Positions 11,720-25,155 of a stretch of 64,000 nucleotides of DNA are shown piece after piece. The notes beneath the pieces are model-generated. The model saw only the letters and a program-made list of their open reading frames with translations, was not told where the DNA came from and searched no databases. Source of the stretch: Camelus ferus (Eukaryota); assembly GCF_009834535.1 (NCBI RefSeq), contig NC_045697.1, positions 117,368,001 through 117,432,000 of the forward strand, written 5' to 3'. How positions within the stretch are numbered: the first letter of the stretch is position 1; each line of letters starts with the position of its first letter. Both the position numbers and the translations under genes were made by a program.

Positions 11720-14580
11720 GTGTCATGCCTTGTGAACTTTAGAATCTATCTGTCAGTTGTCTATTAGCTTCCTGTTTTCCATTTTATTAATTTCTACTCT
11801 AATTGTTTTCAATTTCTTTTCTTCTAGAAAGAAAGGTGGAAACTTAGATTGTTGACTGTAGATTTTTCTTCTATTCTAATGTATGAATTCAATACTCCAA
11901 TTTCCCTATAATCATTGTGTTCACTGCGTATCTCAGATTTTGAAGTTGTGTTCTTATTTTCCTTTAGTTCAAAATATTTTAAAATTTCTCTTGCGATTTC
12001 TCCTTTGATCCATATGTTACATAGAAATGTGTGGTTTAATCTCCGCATATTTGGGGAGTCTCCTGCTATTTTTCAGTTATTGATTTCTAGTTTAATGCCA
12101 CTGTGGTCTGAGAGCAGAGATTGTATGATTTCACATCTTTTAAATTTGTTAAGTTGTATTTTATGGTCCACAACACAGTCTATCTTGGCGAATATTCCTC
12201 GTAAGCATAAGAAAAATGTGCCTTTTGCTGCTGTTAAATGAGGTAGTCTACAGACATCAATTCTATCTGGTTGATTGACGGTGTTCAGTGAGTTTAACTC
12301 TGTCCTGGCTGATTTTCTGCCTTCTGGATCTGTCCATTTCTGAGAGAAGGTTGTTGAAGTCTCCAGTTCTGACAGTAGATTTACCTATTTCTCCTTGCAG
12401 CTCTATTAGTTTTTACTTCATGGAGTTTGACGCTGTTGTTAAGCACATACACACTAAGAACTATTACGGTCCTGGAGAACTGACCCCTTTATCATGTTGT
12501 GCCCTGGGTTCCCCGATAGCCTTCCTTACGTTGAAGTCGGCTCTGTCTAAAATTGATGTAGTTACTTCTGCCTTCTTTTAAATAACATATATTTTTCTAC
12601 CCCTTTACCTTTAGTTTATATATATGTCTTTGTATTTAAAATGGGTTTCTTGTAGACAACAGATAGTTGGGTCATGGTTTTTGATTCACTCTGACAGTCT
12701 CTGTGTCCTAATTCGTATATTTAGACCATTGACATTCACAGTGATTATTGATTTAGCCGAATTAATAGCTACCACATATGCCACTATTATCCACTGTTGC
12801 CCGTGGTCTTAGTTTCTATTCTTGTCTTCTACTCTTTCTCTACCTTTTGTAGTTGCAACTGGGAACTTTATATGATTTTCTCTCTTTTCTTGGCATGTGT
12901 TATTATACTTCTATTTCACATTTTTAGTGATTGCCCTCGAGTTGGAAATACACATTTACAACTAATCCATTCTGCTTTCAAATAACACTTTACTACTTCA
13001 TGGGCAGTATGTGTGCCTTACAATAACAAAATAATCTGGATCCCTTCCTCTTGTCATTGTTATCTGTGCTGTCATTCATTTCACTTACGTGTGTGCAGAC
13101 ATAAGCATGTATAATCAAACACGTTGTCGCTGTTATGATTTTGAACAGAATTTTCTGTTAGATCAATTCAGAATAAGAAAAGTAAAAGTTTTATTTACTT
13201 ATTCCTTCTTCAATGCATATATGTATGTGTGTGTGTTTGTGTATATATATATAAATAAGTTTGAGGGTTTTTTTTCCTCTCCACACTAAACATTTAACCC
13301 CACTCTCTTCTTGTTTTCCAGGAGTCAAATCTTGTTCTTATATTTGTTCCCCTGGCTTCTTTCAGAATTTTTTTCTTTCTCACTGATTTTCTATAAGTTG
13401 AAAATAATATGCCTAAGTGTAGGTTTTTTGGTATTTATCCTTCTCAGTATTCTCCAAGCTTCTGGTAGTTTGCTATCTCATACTACTTTGCAGAAATTCT
13501 CAGTAATTATTGTTTTAAATATTTCTTCTGCCCCTTTCTCCCTTCCTTGTCCTTCTGGTGTTCCCATTATGCATATGTCCCACAGTCTTTTGGTCTTCTG
13601 TTCTGCTTCTTTTCAGCCTTTGTTCTTTTCACTCTTTGGTTTTCAAGGATTCCTTTAGTATGTCCTCTAGGTCAGTCCTTCCTCAGCCATGTCCAATCTA
13701 CTAATAAGCCCATGAAAGGCATTTTTATTTCTGATACAGTGTTTTTTCTATCTCTAGTGTTTCTTTTCAATTCCTGCTCAGGATGTCCATGTCTCTGCCA
13801 ACACTGACCGTGAGTTCTGGCATGCTCTCTACTTTACTTATTAGAGTCCTTAGTGTATTAATCATAGTTGTTTTGAACGCCTGCTTTGATCATTCCAATA
13901 CCCCTGTCATGTCTGTCTCTTCAAATTGTGATTTTTACCTTTTGGTGTGTCTTGTGTTTTTCTTCTTGACAACCAAGCATGATGTCCCAGGTAGAAGGAC
14001 CTGCTGTAGACACGCCTGCAGGGATGTGGCTGACGGTGTGGGAGAGGAGCATTCTTTAGCCCTGTGACTGGGAGTCAGTCGTCCCGTGAGCTGGTGCCTC
14101 TGCAAACGTCTCTGTTCTTCTCTCCCCCATTCAGTGGGGCAGGATGGCTAGAGTGGACTGAGGCTGTGTCTTTTCCTTCCCCCTGGTCAGTTAGGCTTTG
14201 ATAATAACCCAGCAGGCGAGGCTATGGTTAACTTGTTCCTCCTGATGGCAGCTTGTTAAGATGAACACAGTGCTCTGGTTTATTTCAAAAGGGTCCCCTC
14301 TGCCTCCACACCCCCATCCCCCATCCCCCAATATACAACCCAGGGTATTTTTCTCTGATATTTACCATGGGGATCTGGTCTAGCTCCTAGAGGTAAATCT
14401 CAATTACTGTGGGGCCCCCTCTAGTGTCTGAAACCCCTGGAGTTTTAACTCTGAGTTACCCACATTGAGCTTCTAGTAAGTCATCCATCACAGTTTAGGT
14501 CTCCTACCCCGCACTGATGCCCACAGCCATTTCTTCTGTGAGTCTCCACTCTGGAAGCCCCGACCCCCTTGTGTGGATCC
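11720..14580 (-). mobile_element. Decayed ancestral L1, 5' half (5' UTR, ORF1, ORF2 endonuclease region)
   Basis: ORF 11824-12048 (KGEIAREILKYFELKENKNTT...IEEKSTVNNLSFHL) matches L1 ORF2. ORF1-like T-rich sequence at 13300-13950. L1MC-like 5' UTR at 14000-14580. Confidence 0.88.
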
Positions 14581-16759
14581 CAGTGGGAGGAGAGAGGCGG
14601 CGATTAACCCAGCCCTATGAACTACACCCGCAGTTCTAACGTCAAGGAGCTTTGCTCTTCAGTGACGTTTCCAAAAAGGTCACGATTCATCACTGCTTGC
14701 AATCACTTAGTAAACCTGGTTTATCTGATTGAAAAAGTTAACCCATAGGCTAAGAAAAGCTTATTTATATATCTTTTTCATTGAATAGAAAAATCATGAT
14801 AAGTTGTTGACATTGTTTGTTTTTCTGGAGAAGAATCAGAAAGCCCAGGGGCTCTCTGGGCTGCAGGAAGAAAGCTGAAAGTTTTAGGATTGTGAATTTG
14901 GTGACAACCACCCTGAAGGCCCTGGTGGGTCTTGTTTTTGTTTTAGTGTATCCTAGGCTCATCTAGGATAATAATCCTGGGTCAAGCTTGTATCTAGGCT
15001 GCTTTTCTTGTGAGCAGCAAAGCTGTATTTTTCAAAGGTAGCAAAGGACGATTGTGATTTAGGGGAGGAACAGTTTGACACACAGCTCTCTCTGGCTCCC
15101 CATTCCCAAGCCTCATAAACGTCCTTACAAAGACCTATTCTTCTAAGTTCCTTAGATGTTCTTTTGACAGAATTGGTCTCAATTGGTCCTGTGAAGCTCC
15201 CCAGAGCCACACAGTGCATGATAGGACATTTGCAGCTTCCTTCTGAAGACAGTCATGTCAACCTCCACTGAACCTTGTCTGAATTAGCTCTGCTGACCCC
15301 AACGGGGCAGGTTCTCAAAACTCACATACACAGCTCTCCTGTTCACCTAAAATAGCAGCCTCTCTCTCTCTCAGTCCCTGTGTCTGTGATTTATGCCCTA
15401 AGGCATGTTAATGCCTGTATAATGCTTTCATGCAGCTATTTTCATAAACAGAGAGTAAGTCATGCTTATGTTGAAGGACTCTTTTCTCAAGAGGGGAAAG
15501 ATTACAAGTGTTCTTCCGTTTGTTCACACGGACTTCCTCATCCCTTGATCAAGTTCACCCGTAAGACAATGACCAAAGTACCCCTTGAGAGTAAATGTAA
15601 TTCGGCAAAGATATTTTCAGTGTTATTTGCCTTCCTCCAGGGAGCAAAAAAGAAAGCGCAGCTATTTGCTTTAGGCTTCTATAGAAACGGAAAAGAAAAA
15701 AAAGGTACCTTTGAACAGATAAGGAGATTTTAGATGGAATGTTACATGCCATATCTCAGACACACATCTAGATTTTCCTACCAGCTATATGAGTCCAAGT
15801 ATAGCAAATTTTATTTTTATCTTACTCCCAAAGATAATATAATACATGGAAAGCACAGGACAGGGTTAATTATTATAAGGAATATGAGTTCTTAGAAAAT
15901 CTTTAAGGTTAATTAATTCAGTGAAAGAACTTTAAATCAATTCTAACATCCACCCATGGTCATTCTTTATTATCTCTTGATCAGGCAAAACAGGTATTTG
16001 CTTCTTGATAATATTGGGATTTGGATGGTTCCTATGAGTGGTATTCTGCACCCAGCTTTAGTTCCAGATCTCAAATAGAACTTTTAATATAACATGGCAA
16101 ATGTATTCTTTCCTCCAAGTGAATGGCCAGCTGTTCCCGCAGATCTTCCTTCAGCAATGCAGGATGTTAATTAACTGTGTCTCTTCCCATTGACTTATCA
16201 CACTGCCCTACAGTATGATAGCAGTTTTATCCATCTGGTGCTGAATTAGGTGGGAAAGTCACCGGATCGCCACTCCATTCACCGCCTACGTGTTTTTTCA
16301 TGCACAGATACACTCCAGCCCACTAGGGCTGTGGGTTTGTCTTGTCTTCCATGCACTGAAGAATGTGTTTTGCAACTGTAGATGAAGGAGGGAAATTAGG
16401 GTTTGATAATGTTGAGTCATGGTTGGGTAATTAGGGTGACCGGGAGGAAGGAGGGGAGAAGAGAGGGATAAATTATATGAAAGTGGTTTGGTCCTTCTTT
16501 TGATCCTTTGAACTGATTTTGAACACCAATGAGTAGAGACAGAGATATTTGTGAAAGTATAGAGTTGTTCCTTGTGTTTGGGTGTGTGTGCAAAATGTGG
16601 CCCAGAGGTTGTTCTTTTCTACCTTTGAGCGGATTTCAACTCAACTGAGCATCAAAATGATGAGAGCTACACCAATAACCCTCTCTTGACAAAAACACCA
16701 GCATCCCAGTCACAGGGGCTGGCATGACGCTGCGTGGCTGAAAGGGGTCTTCAGCTGCA

Positions 16760-16885
16760 GTAGAAGCAGAATTTAAAATTAAAAATGCGATGTCATTTAC
16801 ATTAACACTCAAGAAAATGAAATATTTAGATATCAATCTAACAAGTTACGTACAAGATCTAGATAAGCAGAATCCCAAAGTCTGA
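16760..16885 (+). mobile_element. L1 ORF2 (RT) fragment
   Basis: Translates IKNAMSFTLTLKKMKYLDINLTSYVQDL, similar to the L1 motif IPFTIA..IKYLGINLTKEVKDL. Confidence 0.8.
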
Positions 16886-17647
16886 ACCACCTAAAGGGGA
16901 CTGAGGTTTGTAGTGATGGAGAAAGAATCTGAAATATCGTTGACTTCATATATACAAAAATATATTAATCATTAAATGTTTAATAAACTGAGTCTTTAGC
17001 AGTTTCCAGTGCACGGTTTTCTGAATAGACTCCATAGAGTTTTATAAAATGATAAATGTTCCACCTACTACAGAAGAAATTTAAAAACCAAGCACTACGC
17101 AGATGATCACAGAATGTCAAAGCAGTGAGGAAAAACTTAACACCTGTAGACCTAAATAACAAAATCATTTATTTGTACCATTCCTTTAATTTTGGCCAGG
17201 CAGACCCTCTGTTCATCACATTTCTTCATTTCACAGTTATAGCATAAATACACATTCTTCATTTCTGCACAATCCCAAAAACAATAATAAACAAACCAGA
17301 TGGAGAATCTTGCAGTGTACTCAAGGCAGCCATGAATTAAAATGAGACAGAACATTGGGCAGATATGATCAGGTCCTGAATCATCAGAAAATGCATGGCT
17401 TTGGTTTTGTACTGTTTTACCTAATGCTTTACCTTGTGCTTCATAATTTAAAATATTCTCAGCTAGTTGGAATTGATGATGAGAAGGAAACACAGGCCAG
17501 TTTGGTCTATGAACATGGCTGAGAATCAATGCTCAGAGTTAGGGAGGCACAATGGAATCTGAGTAGCTAAGCTCCATGTGAGGCATTTCAATTAATCAGA
17601 CACACAAAAAATTCTTTCTAATTTTAAAAAAGTGGGTTAAAACCCAC

Positions 17648-18030
17648 TTGTTTTTCATCTCTAGCATTTCAGCTTGATTATTTCTTGTAGTTTCCATTAG
17701 CCTGATGAAATTACCTACCTGGTCATGCCCATGCTGAAGCTTTTCTATAAGCCTGCAGCACATTCATCCTAGCTGTTTTGAATTCCCTGTCTGATGGTTC
17801 GAACATCTGGGTTACATATCAGTATTGCTGTTTTGATTCATTTGGTTCTTGACAGTTTGTTCTTATTCTTGCTCTTTTGTGTCACTGAATTTTGGGTTGA
17901 AAGTCAGATGTTGGTGTATGACAGTGGGGGCTGTTCTCTTGTGTGATGAGGCCATTTACTATAGGAGGGTCAAACACTCCAGTCAGATCTGGGTTGTGTT
18001 TCGTTGTGTTTACTATGTTCAGCAACACCA
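17648..18030 (-). mobile_element. Old L1 5'/ORF1 fragment
   Basis: tttttcatctctagcatttc...ttgaattccctgtctgatggttcgaacatctggg resembles L1M ORF1 antisense and the 13740-13900 segment. Confidence 0.6.
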
Positions 18031-18277
18031 GTGAATCTGTTTTTGTTTTGTAAAGAAGTTCATGTGTTTCATTTTTTTTGAATTCCACATATTAGTGATA
18101 TTATATGACATTTTTTTCTTTCTCAGTCTGACTTACTTCACTTAGAATGACAATCTCCTCGTCCATCCATCTTGCTGCAAATGCATTATTTTATTCTTTT
18201 TTATGGCTGAGTAGTATTCCATTGTATAAATATACCACAGCTTTTTTACCCAGTCATCTGTTGATGTACATTAAGGT
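18031..18277 (-). mobile_element. Younger artiodactyl-type L1 ORF2-end/3' UTR fragment, no tail
   Basis: gacttacttcacttagaatgacaatctcc...ttttatggctgagtagtattccattg; clearly alignable with 52300-52545. Confidence 0.88.
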
Positions 18278-19974
18278 ATAATACATGTTTTAAAATAAAT
18301 TTTGGAAATACTGTTTCTGTAATCCTGGTTTCAAATCCATAAAATAGTTTGGTTTCACAATCAAAATCTGAGTTAATTTTCAGCTTGTGGTTGCAGAATC
18401 AACCTCTCTCTATATGTTTTTATTTTTAAACGAATCAAAACTATGGGAATGAGAAATCAAACTAGAAACTGCTTCTCTGACCCTAGAGGACACTTTTGTT
18501 CTCCAATCACAAATAGACTAAAGGCTGCCAAGGGCAATAAAAATTGGACAAAGTTGGGAAAGGACTTCAGAGACACTGATTTCTTATGACAATGATTTCC
18601 TTTCATCTTTAGTGAACTTATTACAAAATAATTTTGTAATTTGTAATTTGTCATATGTGTCCAATGATATTAATTAATGAACAAATTTTAAACCTCAATG
18701 TATTTGAGACACTATATCAAAGATTAGGGAAACTGGTGCAGTTCATCTTTCTAGTTTAATTTCTTGAAAAATGATCTAAAAATGAAGTACAATACTTTCC
18801 CAAAGTAGGGAGCAGTAGGCTCCACCCAATTCATTTAACATGCATGTGTTTAAGTTTTAAGTGAATTCTCATTCCACTTTAAACCATCCTCGCCGTGATT
18901 TTATCATAACAACTTTATCACAGGTGTCGTCTTCCTAACTTCAGCCACATAAAATTTCCTGCGCTTTGAAATTCATTTCGCAAAATTCTTTTCTCATTAT
19001 TCTATGTTGTTGATTTCACTTGCTATATGACAAGAATTAATCTTCAAAATCGTATTTAATTTGACTGGGAAAAGAAAGAGCAATGGATTTGAAACACAAT
19101 ACACACAATACAGTATTATCAAGTAACTTATTCAGTGCACCTCTTATCATGAATTCGTGTTCCATTAAACTGACCAGAAGAGACTAATGATAAGAGTGTA
19201 AAAGACAACTTTAAGACTAAAGATCCAGAATTCAATCAGCTTCCTCGAGTGCTGACAAGGACTTGGAACTCAAGATCTGTATCAGTTAATGAATGTTCCA
19301 TTGAATCCCAAGTATCTCAAGATGGCGAATTTCAATTTCCTTTGAGTTACTCAAGCAAAGGCAGCCTTGTAGGGGCGGCAAACTTCTTCTGAGTATCTTT
19401 CGCTTGTACGAGTTCAAGCTCTGTATTTTGTTTAAGGCTTATTTAGTAATACCAAAAATAAATCAAGTTACAATTTATTTTATTTTCTCCTTTCATCAGT
19501 GCTTTCTAGAAATACTTTTAATGAAATGCATCTTAGCACGTGTATTTTACTCCTACTTTTTCAGATGCTTAAGGGGTGTCTCCTTGAATTTATTTTCTCT
19601 TTTAACTTTCAGTTACTCCAAATATTCAGCTCATTAACTTTCCCTTGTCCTTGTTGACATATATTGTGGTTGCTTCACTAAGAAAACATATAAATATTCA
19701 AAATTCATCCTGATAATTAATACCTAATTTATTGTGGTCCAAGCTTGTTAAACTTTTAAATTTATATTGATTTTATGTGTAAACCTAAGGAGGTAGATAG
19801 TCTAAGAGAGAAAAAATTTAGCCATGAATTATAAGCAAAGTATTTTTTCATAATTTGTTCAGGAAGATGAAGTCAGGAATCAAGTGAAGATGGGGTGGAG
19901 AGATTATTTAATCTAATAAAATACAATTTAGAAAGAAAAATATACTGATTGCAAATAAAGCAGATAAACTTTGT

Positions 19975-20075
19975 GAAGCTGGAAATTTTTTGAGGGCAGA
20001 ACTATGTGTTATTCATTTTTGTATCAACAAACCTTAACACAGGAATTGATCCCTAATAAATTGTCATTCACTGTA
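19975..20075 (+). mobile_element. L2 3' end fragment
   Basis: ttgagggcagaactatgtgttattcatttttgtatc...aataaat is typical of the L2 terminus. Confidence 0.55.
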
Positions 20076-21799
20076 TAATGTTTATGATTTATGGAGTGAA
20101 ACGATCACTGATTCACTAAATGACTGAATACATCAGTGGACGTGCCAATTTTGGGGGCAGCTTGGTAATACTTAGAATCTTCCACTAAAGTAACTCCAAT
20201 CTGGACTTGTCATCAGTGACTTCCTGCTACTAATCAACTGTCTGTCCCAAGGCAAGGTGCCCAGTCCTTGTGGTTTTATTTTCACTTCTGTGGTTGGAGA
20301 TGCTACATCTTAAAGAGACTGCAATCAATGTACCTCAAAAAATTTCATAAACTGTACAGACAAGTTGTTTCACAAGATCTTTAAATTCCAAGCTGGTATT
20401 CTGTGTTGATTTCTCCTTTTCTCTCAAATATGTGGATTTTCTTTTAAAAATATGGAAAAAGAGTCAACCTACTCCATTCTTTTTTCCCTCAGTATAATCT
20501 ATACAAAGCAACACCTGCCGCCATGTTGGAAAGCATGAACTCTACCAATAGGCAGAAGCAGTGTCTACGTAAACTCTCTAGTATGGTGGTGGAGTGAAAA
20601 ACAAAACAATTTCACCAGCCAGAAATGATAATGAGGGCTATGAAAGATTTCTTTTTCTCCCTATTATGTGTCAGGACCTGTCTGAAATGATTTCTGTTTT
20701 CAAAAAACATCTCCTTTTTTTCATTCGTTATTTTGGGCTAGCCCATGAATCTTTAATGGGAACATATGAAAACTTAGCTTTAGCTCAGTGGTGAACAGAA
20801 ATGATACATCAGCATGTTTGTCTCCTACGTGCAGGAAGAAAGTCATGAGTAGAGTGACATCAGGACTCATGAAGGCTATTTGTAGTCTTTTCTCAGCCAT
20901 GCAATAAACTCTTAGGAAAATTTATCACTGACACAAGGAAAAGCAGCTTACCAATATTTTTTTTTGTCTACTGAATTTAATGTCATTGATATGATTAAAC
21001 TTATTGTAACCGTAGCAGTGAAGTCACCTAGTATGCACAGTAAGTCCCTACACCTAGAGAGATATTGATCAAAGTTCTTAGCTTAAGTTATATTTCTAAT
21101 CATTATCAGTTAGCTCCTTGACATTTTCACATCTTGTTCAGTGATGCTAAAAAAAAAATTTATTTGTAATTACTTCTGTTTGACACTTCTTTGAGTGTCG
21201 TATATCACCCAGCATCATCTTAGTGTAAGAAATTACTTCTTTATTTTATCATAACCTCATTCAGAAAATCTTTACTCCTCAATAAATTTCAGCTCACTGC
21301 TTCATACCTGTTCTGCTGTGTCCTCCACAAACACATGCAGACATGCTTTTTGGTTACTAAATTTTCTCTTTTAGATTATCAGCCACAATTTATTGCAATT
21401 CATTAAATTAATAATTTACACTCTCTTTTCTGGTATCTTTAGATGCTTCATTCTGTATACAGATGCCTATAAAATGTGAATGGCGGACCATAACATAGTA
21501 GACAGAATACTAATCATCTTTCCATATATCTATAATAAGCTTCATACATTTTTCAGGAAAGCTTAACTCAGACAGAATAGAATAATACCAACTCCTACTG
21601 CAAAGGTCAAGGACATGTTGTATTTTCCTTTCATGCGTTCATGCTTGTTTTGTCTTCCCTTGCTATTTGAAAATGGTACTAACAATGCTAACTTCCCTTT
21701 TGTAATGTGTATTCATCCAAAATTATGAGCTCAGTAACAACAACAGTTGTACACTTGCTATTACTTTATTATAGAAATGTAAAACTTTGTACGTGGAAA

Positions 21800-21950
21800 A
21801 CTCCTGAGAGACTATTACATCAAATTCCCTCATTTTATTAATGAAGAACTAGGGTACCTGGGGGACTTAAGATCATTTCTGTTTAGGTTGTTTAAGTACG
21901 GGCAGCATTAGTTCAAGAACTGTGGTTTTATGACATCAAATTCAGTTCTC
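21800..21950 (-). mobile_element. MIR fragment
   Basis: ccctcattttattaatgaagaact is a degenerate antisense MIR core. Confidence 0.45.
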
Positions 21951-22031
21951 ATCTTCATCCTTTTGAAAAGATAGCCTCTTTGCTCTCTAATGTAATCTAT
22001 CTTTGTGAATATGCCATGCTCTCCTAGGAAG

Positions 22032-22082
22032 TGTAGTAGGGTTCTGCAGCGGAACAGAACCAATGGGATATATAAACAGACA
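22032..22082 (-). mobile_element. 3' terminus of an MLT2-type (ERVL) LTR
   Basis: tgtagtagggttctgcagcggaacagaaccaatgggatatata matches the recalled MLT2 end (gggttctccagagaaacagaaccaatagga). Same strand as the adjacent ERVL pol. Confidence 0.75.
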
Positions 22083-22397
22083 CAGGCGTACCTCACTTTA
22101 CTGTGCTTCACAGACACTGTGTTTTTTACAACGTAAAGGTTTGTGGTGACCCCACGACAAGTCAGTCGGCACCATCTCCCCAACAACACTTGCTCACTTC
22201 ATGTCACAGCTTTTGTTGACAACAATATTCCAAACATTCTCTATATTGTCATATTTTTATGGTGACCTGTCTTCAGTGACCTTTGATGTTACTAGTATGC
22301 CCCTCTGGTGGCTTAGATGAGGATTAGCATTTTTCAGCCATAAAGTATTTTTTAATTAAGGTATGTGCATTGTTTTAGTCATAGTGCTATTATGTAC
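22083..22397 (+). mobile_element. Internally deleted Tigger1 derivative (TcMar-Tigger), right end missing
   Basis: Left TIR caggcgtacctc and Tigger1 5' sequence (ggtttgtgg...gacctttgatgttacta) joined directly to Tigger1 3' sequence (ttagcattttt...taaagtattttttaattaaggtatgt). Confidence 0.85.
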
Positions 22398-24130
22398 AAA
22401 ATGGTCCCCAACATGGTAAGACCAGTGGATTCCTTGGGCATGGGCCTGCTGCCAAGCTTCTTTTGACATGAACTGAGTTCCTAATCAGAAGCCATGCTGT
22501 GTGGAGCATCATGATTGTGAACAAGGCATTCTGTAAGATGAGAAGCATTGTGTGCAGAAAAGGCCAATCTGAATCCAGAGTGTTTATTCCAGTAAGAACA
22601 AAACACTGCCCTTCCATAACACATTGGAGGTGGTCCGATGTATTCAACCTACTACCAAGTAGCTGGCTGATAACCCTGGGAAAGGATGTCACATCAGAGG
22701 CCCAGTACTGGGCACTTAGCTGGGCCTAGAGCTAGGTCGGCCTTGGTGAATTGAAGTCCTTGCTGCTGAAACCATGCAAGACCTCCATCCTTGCCACCAT
22801 GGCCACTTTGTTTTCATGAGCCCACTGGGCAAAGAAAGGGGGACCAGGAAAGAGGCTGATGGGTATTCACAGAATGTGTCATCCAAGCTACTTGATTTTT
22901 AAATTCTCTGTCTGCTGAGATGCTTGTGTTTGCTCTGGGACACAAATATCTTAATGTCTTTTGCCCTTTGAGACAAGAATATTCACATACGTTACCCTCA
23001 AATTTCTTTGTCACCAACTTTCCAATCATGTTCCTTCCAAGTCCTTGACCATCCAACCAATGCAGTCGTTGGCTACAGCCCATGAATTGGTATCATCGCA
23101 TGTCTGGCAATTTCTCCTTCCAAAAAGGTGAGTAACCAGCTGCATTGCCCAAAGTGCCACCCCCTGGAAGGATTTCCCTTCACTGTGTCCTTCAGGGATG
23201 TTCCAGAGAAAGGCAGTAACATTGCATCTGCCCACTTCTGGGTGGTGTCTGCATATTGTGAAGAACCATATGTCAACCAGACCCTAGTTTTCTCTTCCTT
23301 TGTCAACTAGATGTAGAGACCTCTCCATGAGGTGACAGGTGTAGGGTTAGAGGTAGAAAGGCAGTGTTGCTGGGCTCTCTGGGGCTATAGTCCCCATGGA
23401 CATTTGGACCACTTCTTCATGTAACTTTCTTGTGCTCTATGGCCCTGATGGCCCGATCACATATGTTCCATTTCCATTTTATGATAAAGCGTGGCTTCTC
23501 AAGCTCAAATTCGTGGCTTTGTGGCCCAGATAACACCCAGTTGGTGATGGGCAGCTTGGATCACATGGTAACTTGATAGCCCAGGGTGAAGAGTTTGGTC
23601 TCCACCAACGCTGAGGAGCAGACCAAGAGTGGTCTCTTAGAGGGAGGGTAATTATGATGATGGTGGATCATCCTTCAAAATCCTAAAGGTCTGCCCTGAA
23701 AGTTCCCTCTAGGACCTTCCAGAGGTTCCAAAGAGCAGCTGGACCCACCACTGCCACCTCCAGCACCACTGGGTCTGCTGGAGCATGTGGCCCACGTGGT
23801 GCGATGGCCAGCACAGTTGCCTGGACTTTGCTGAGACTTCTCTGTTCTGGGTCCCCTTCAAAGCTAGCCGATTTTCAGACTGCTCAGAAAATGGGCTGGA
23901 GGAACACATCCAGATGAGGACCATCTTGCCTCCCAGGTCCAAAAAGACCCACTAGGCACTGTGCTTCTTTCCTGGTGGTAGGAGAGGTCAGATGCAACAA
24001 CTTACCCTTCACCTTGGAAGGGCTACCTTTACATGTCCCCACCACTGGACTCCTAGAAATTTCACCATGGCAAAAGCCCCCTGGATTTTATTCAGATTGA
24101 TGGCTTACCCTCTGACATGCATATGTCTTA
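22398..24130 (-). mobile_element. ERVL (class III) internal pol remnant: RT end, RNase H and integrase; disrupted
   Basis: ORF pieces TKEEKTRVWLTYGSSQYADTTQKW...SGTSLKD, NSWAVAN and GQCFVLTGINT match the ERVL pol motifs LTEEEKTRAWFTDGS, DSWAVANG and GQRFVLTGIDT. Multiple frameshifts. Confidence 0.92.
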
Positions 24131-25069
24131 TGAATGAGTTTAGTTGTCATTTGGAGCTCACTAATTTCAATGAGATATATATAGAGAGATGTACAGATAT
24201 GGTAGAAATCTGTTAGGTTGGGTTACAGAGACCCCTATGTTCATGCAGTGCTGATGAAACGGATTCTGATTGTGAAATAAGAAGTGCGACTAATACTGTT
24301 TTGGACTGGAAAGAAAGGAGAAAATAAACATGGAAGGAAATCTTAAGTTGTGAACTAATTGTGGCTTTTGCAGAATATCTTAAGTCCTGTTTGTCCTATT
24401 CAGGCAAAGGAGAATAAAGAAATAAGAACCGCATGGACACAGTAGCAATGAGTTAGGCAGGAGGAAATGGTATGTATCTGCAGGAGAGCACTTTGAACGT
24501 TTCTCATATTGTACACAGACTTGGACCAGAAACAGTGATTTCACCAGTGTCTGCAGCTCACATCAGTGCAAGTGCAATTATTTCAGAGGGAGATTTGCAC
24601 ATGGCTGGAGTTCCTCCATCCTCTGGAGGAGGCTGAGATCACGAATCTGGGAAATGAGGAGTTAGTATTGAGGTGATTAGTAAGCCTGTCCTCTACCTAA
24701 TAAGTAGGGTTGCATTGGCTGTTACTGGTGTCATTATTAATGCATAGAATATTTGTACTAGAGGGAATGCTACTTACAGATCCTTCTTATGGTCAATTTT
24801 AGTGCAAACATTACAGCGGCAAATGAGACAACTGACCAAAGTCTTTCCATGCTCAACAAGCTGACCTATATCTGAGTATTTTGGGAACTATTCAAACTGA
24901 ATAGGTTAAAAAATAATAAGCCGAGTTAAAGGACCTTAATCGTGGTCCACATTTATCACATCCTGCTAATAATCACATAGGATATGTCTATATCTAAATA
25001 TTTTTATCTTTATAATTGTATACTTACAGCTAAGTAGTTTGGTAAAATAAATTTATTTTGCAATTGTAA

Positions 25070-25155
25070 ACTTATTCAGGGGTTATGTGTTTCCCATCAT
25101 TGACCCCTAGTGCTTAGACTAGTGCTCACAAAGAAACTCAATTAACATTTATAAA
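25070..25155 (+). mobile_element. L2 3' end fragment
   Basis: cccctagtgcttagactagtgctcacaaagaaactcaattaacattt. Confidence 0.45.

Noticed and set aside
1450..14580. Oppositely oriented L1 relics as a dsRNA-forming inverted repeat
   Set aside because: Both are old and highly diverged, so long duplexes are unlikely.
17630..17649. Inverted repeat aagtgggtt-aa-aacccactt (similar short ones near 25184-25202 and 43233-43258)
   Set aside because: Arms of 8-11 bp are expected by chance in 64 kb of AT-rich DNA. Nothing supports a structured RNA.
22398..24130. Domesticated or intact retroviral pol gene
   Set aside because: Motifs are split over several frames by stops and frameshifts, and catalytic residues are altered (TDGS to TYGS, GIDT to GINT).
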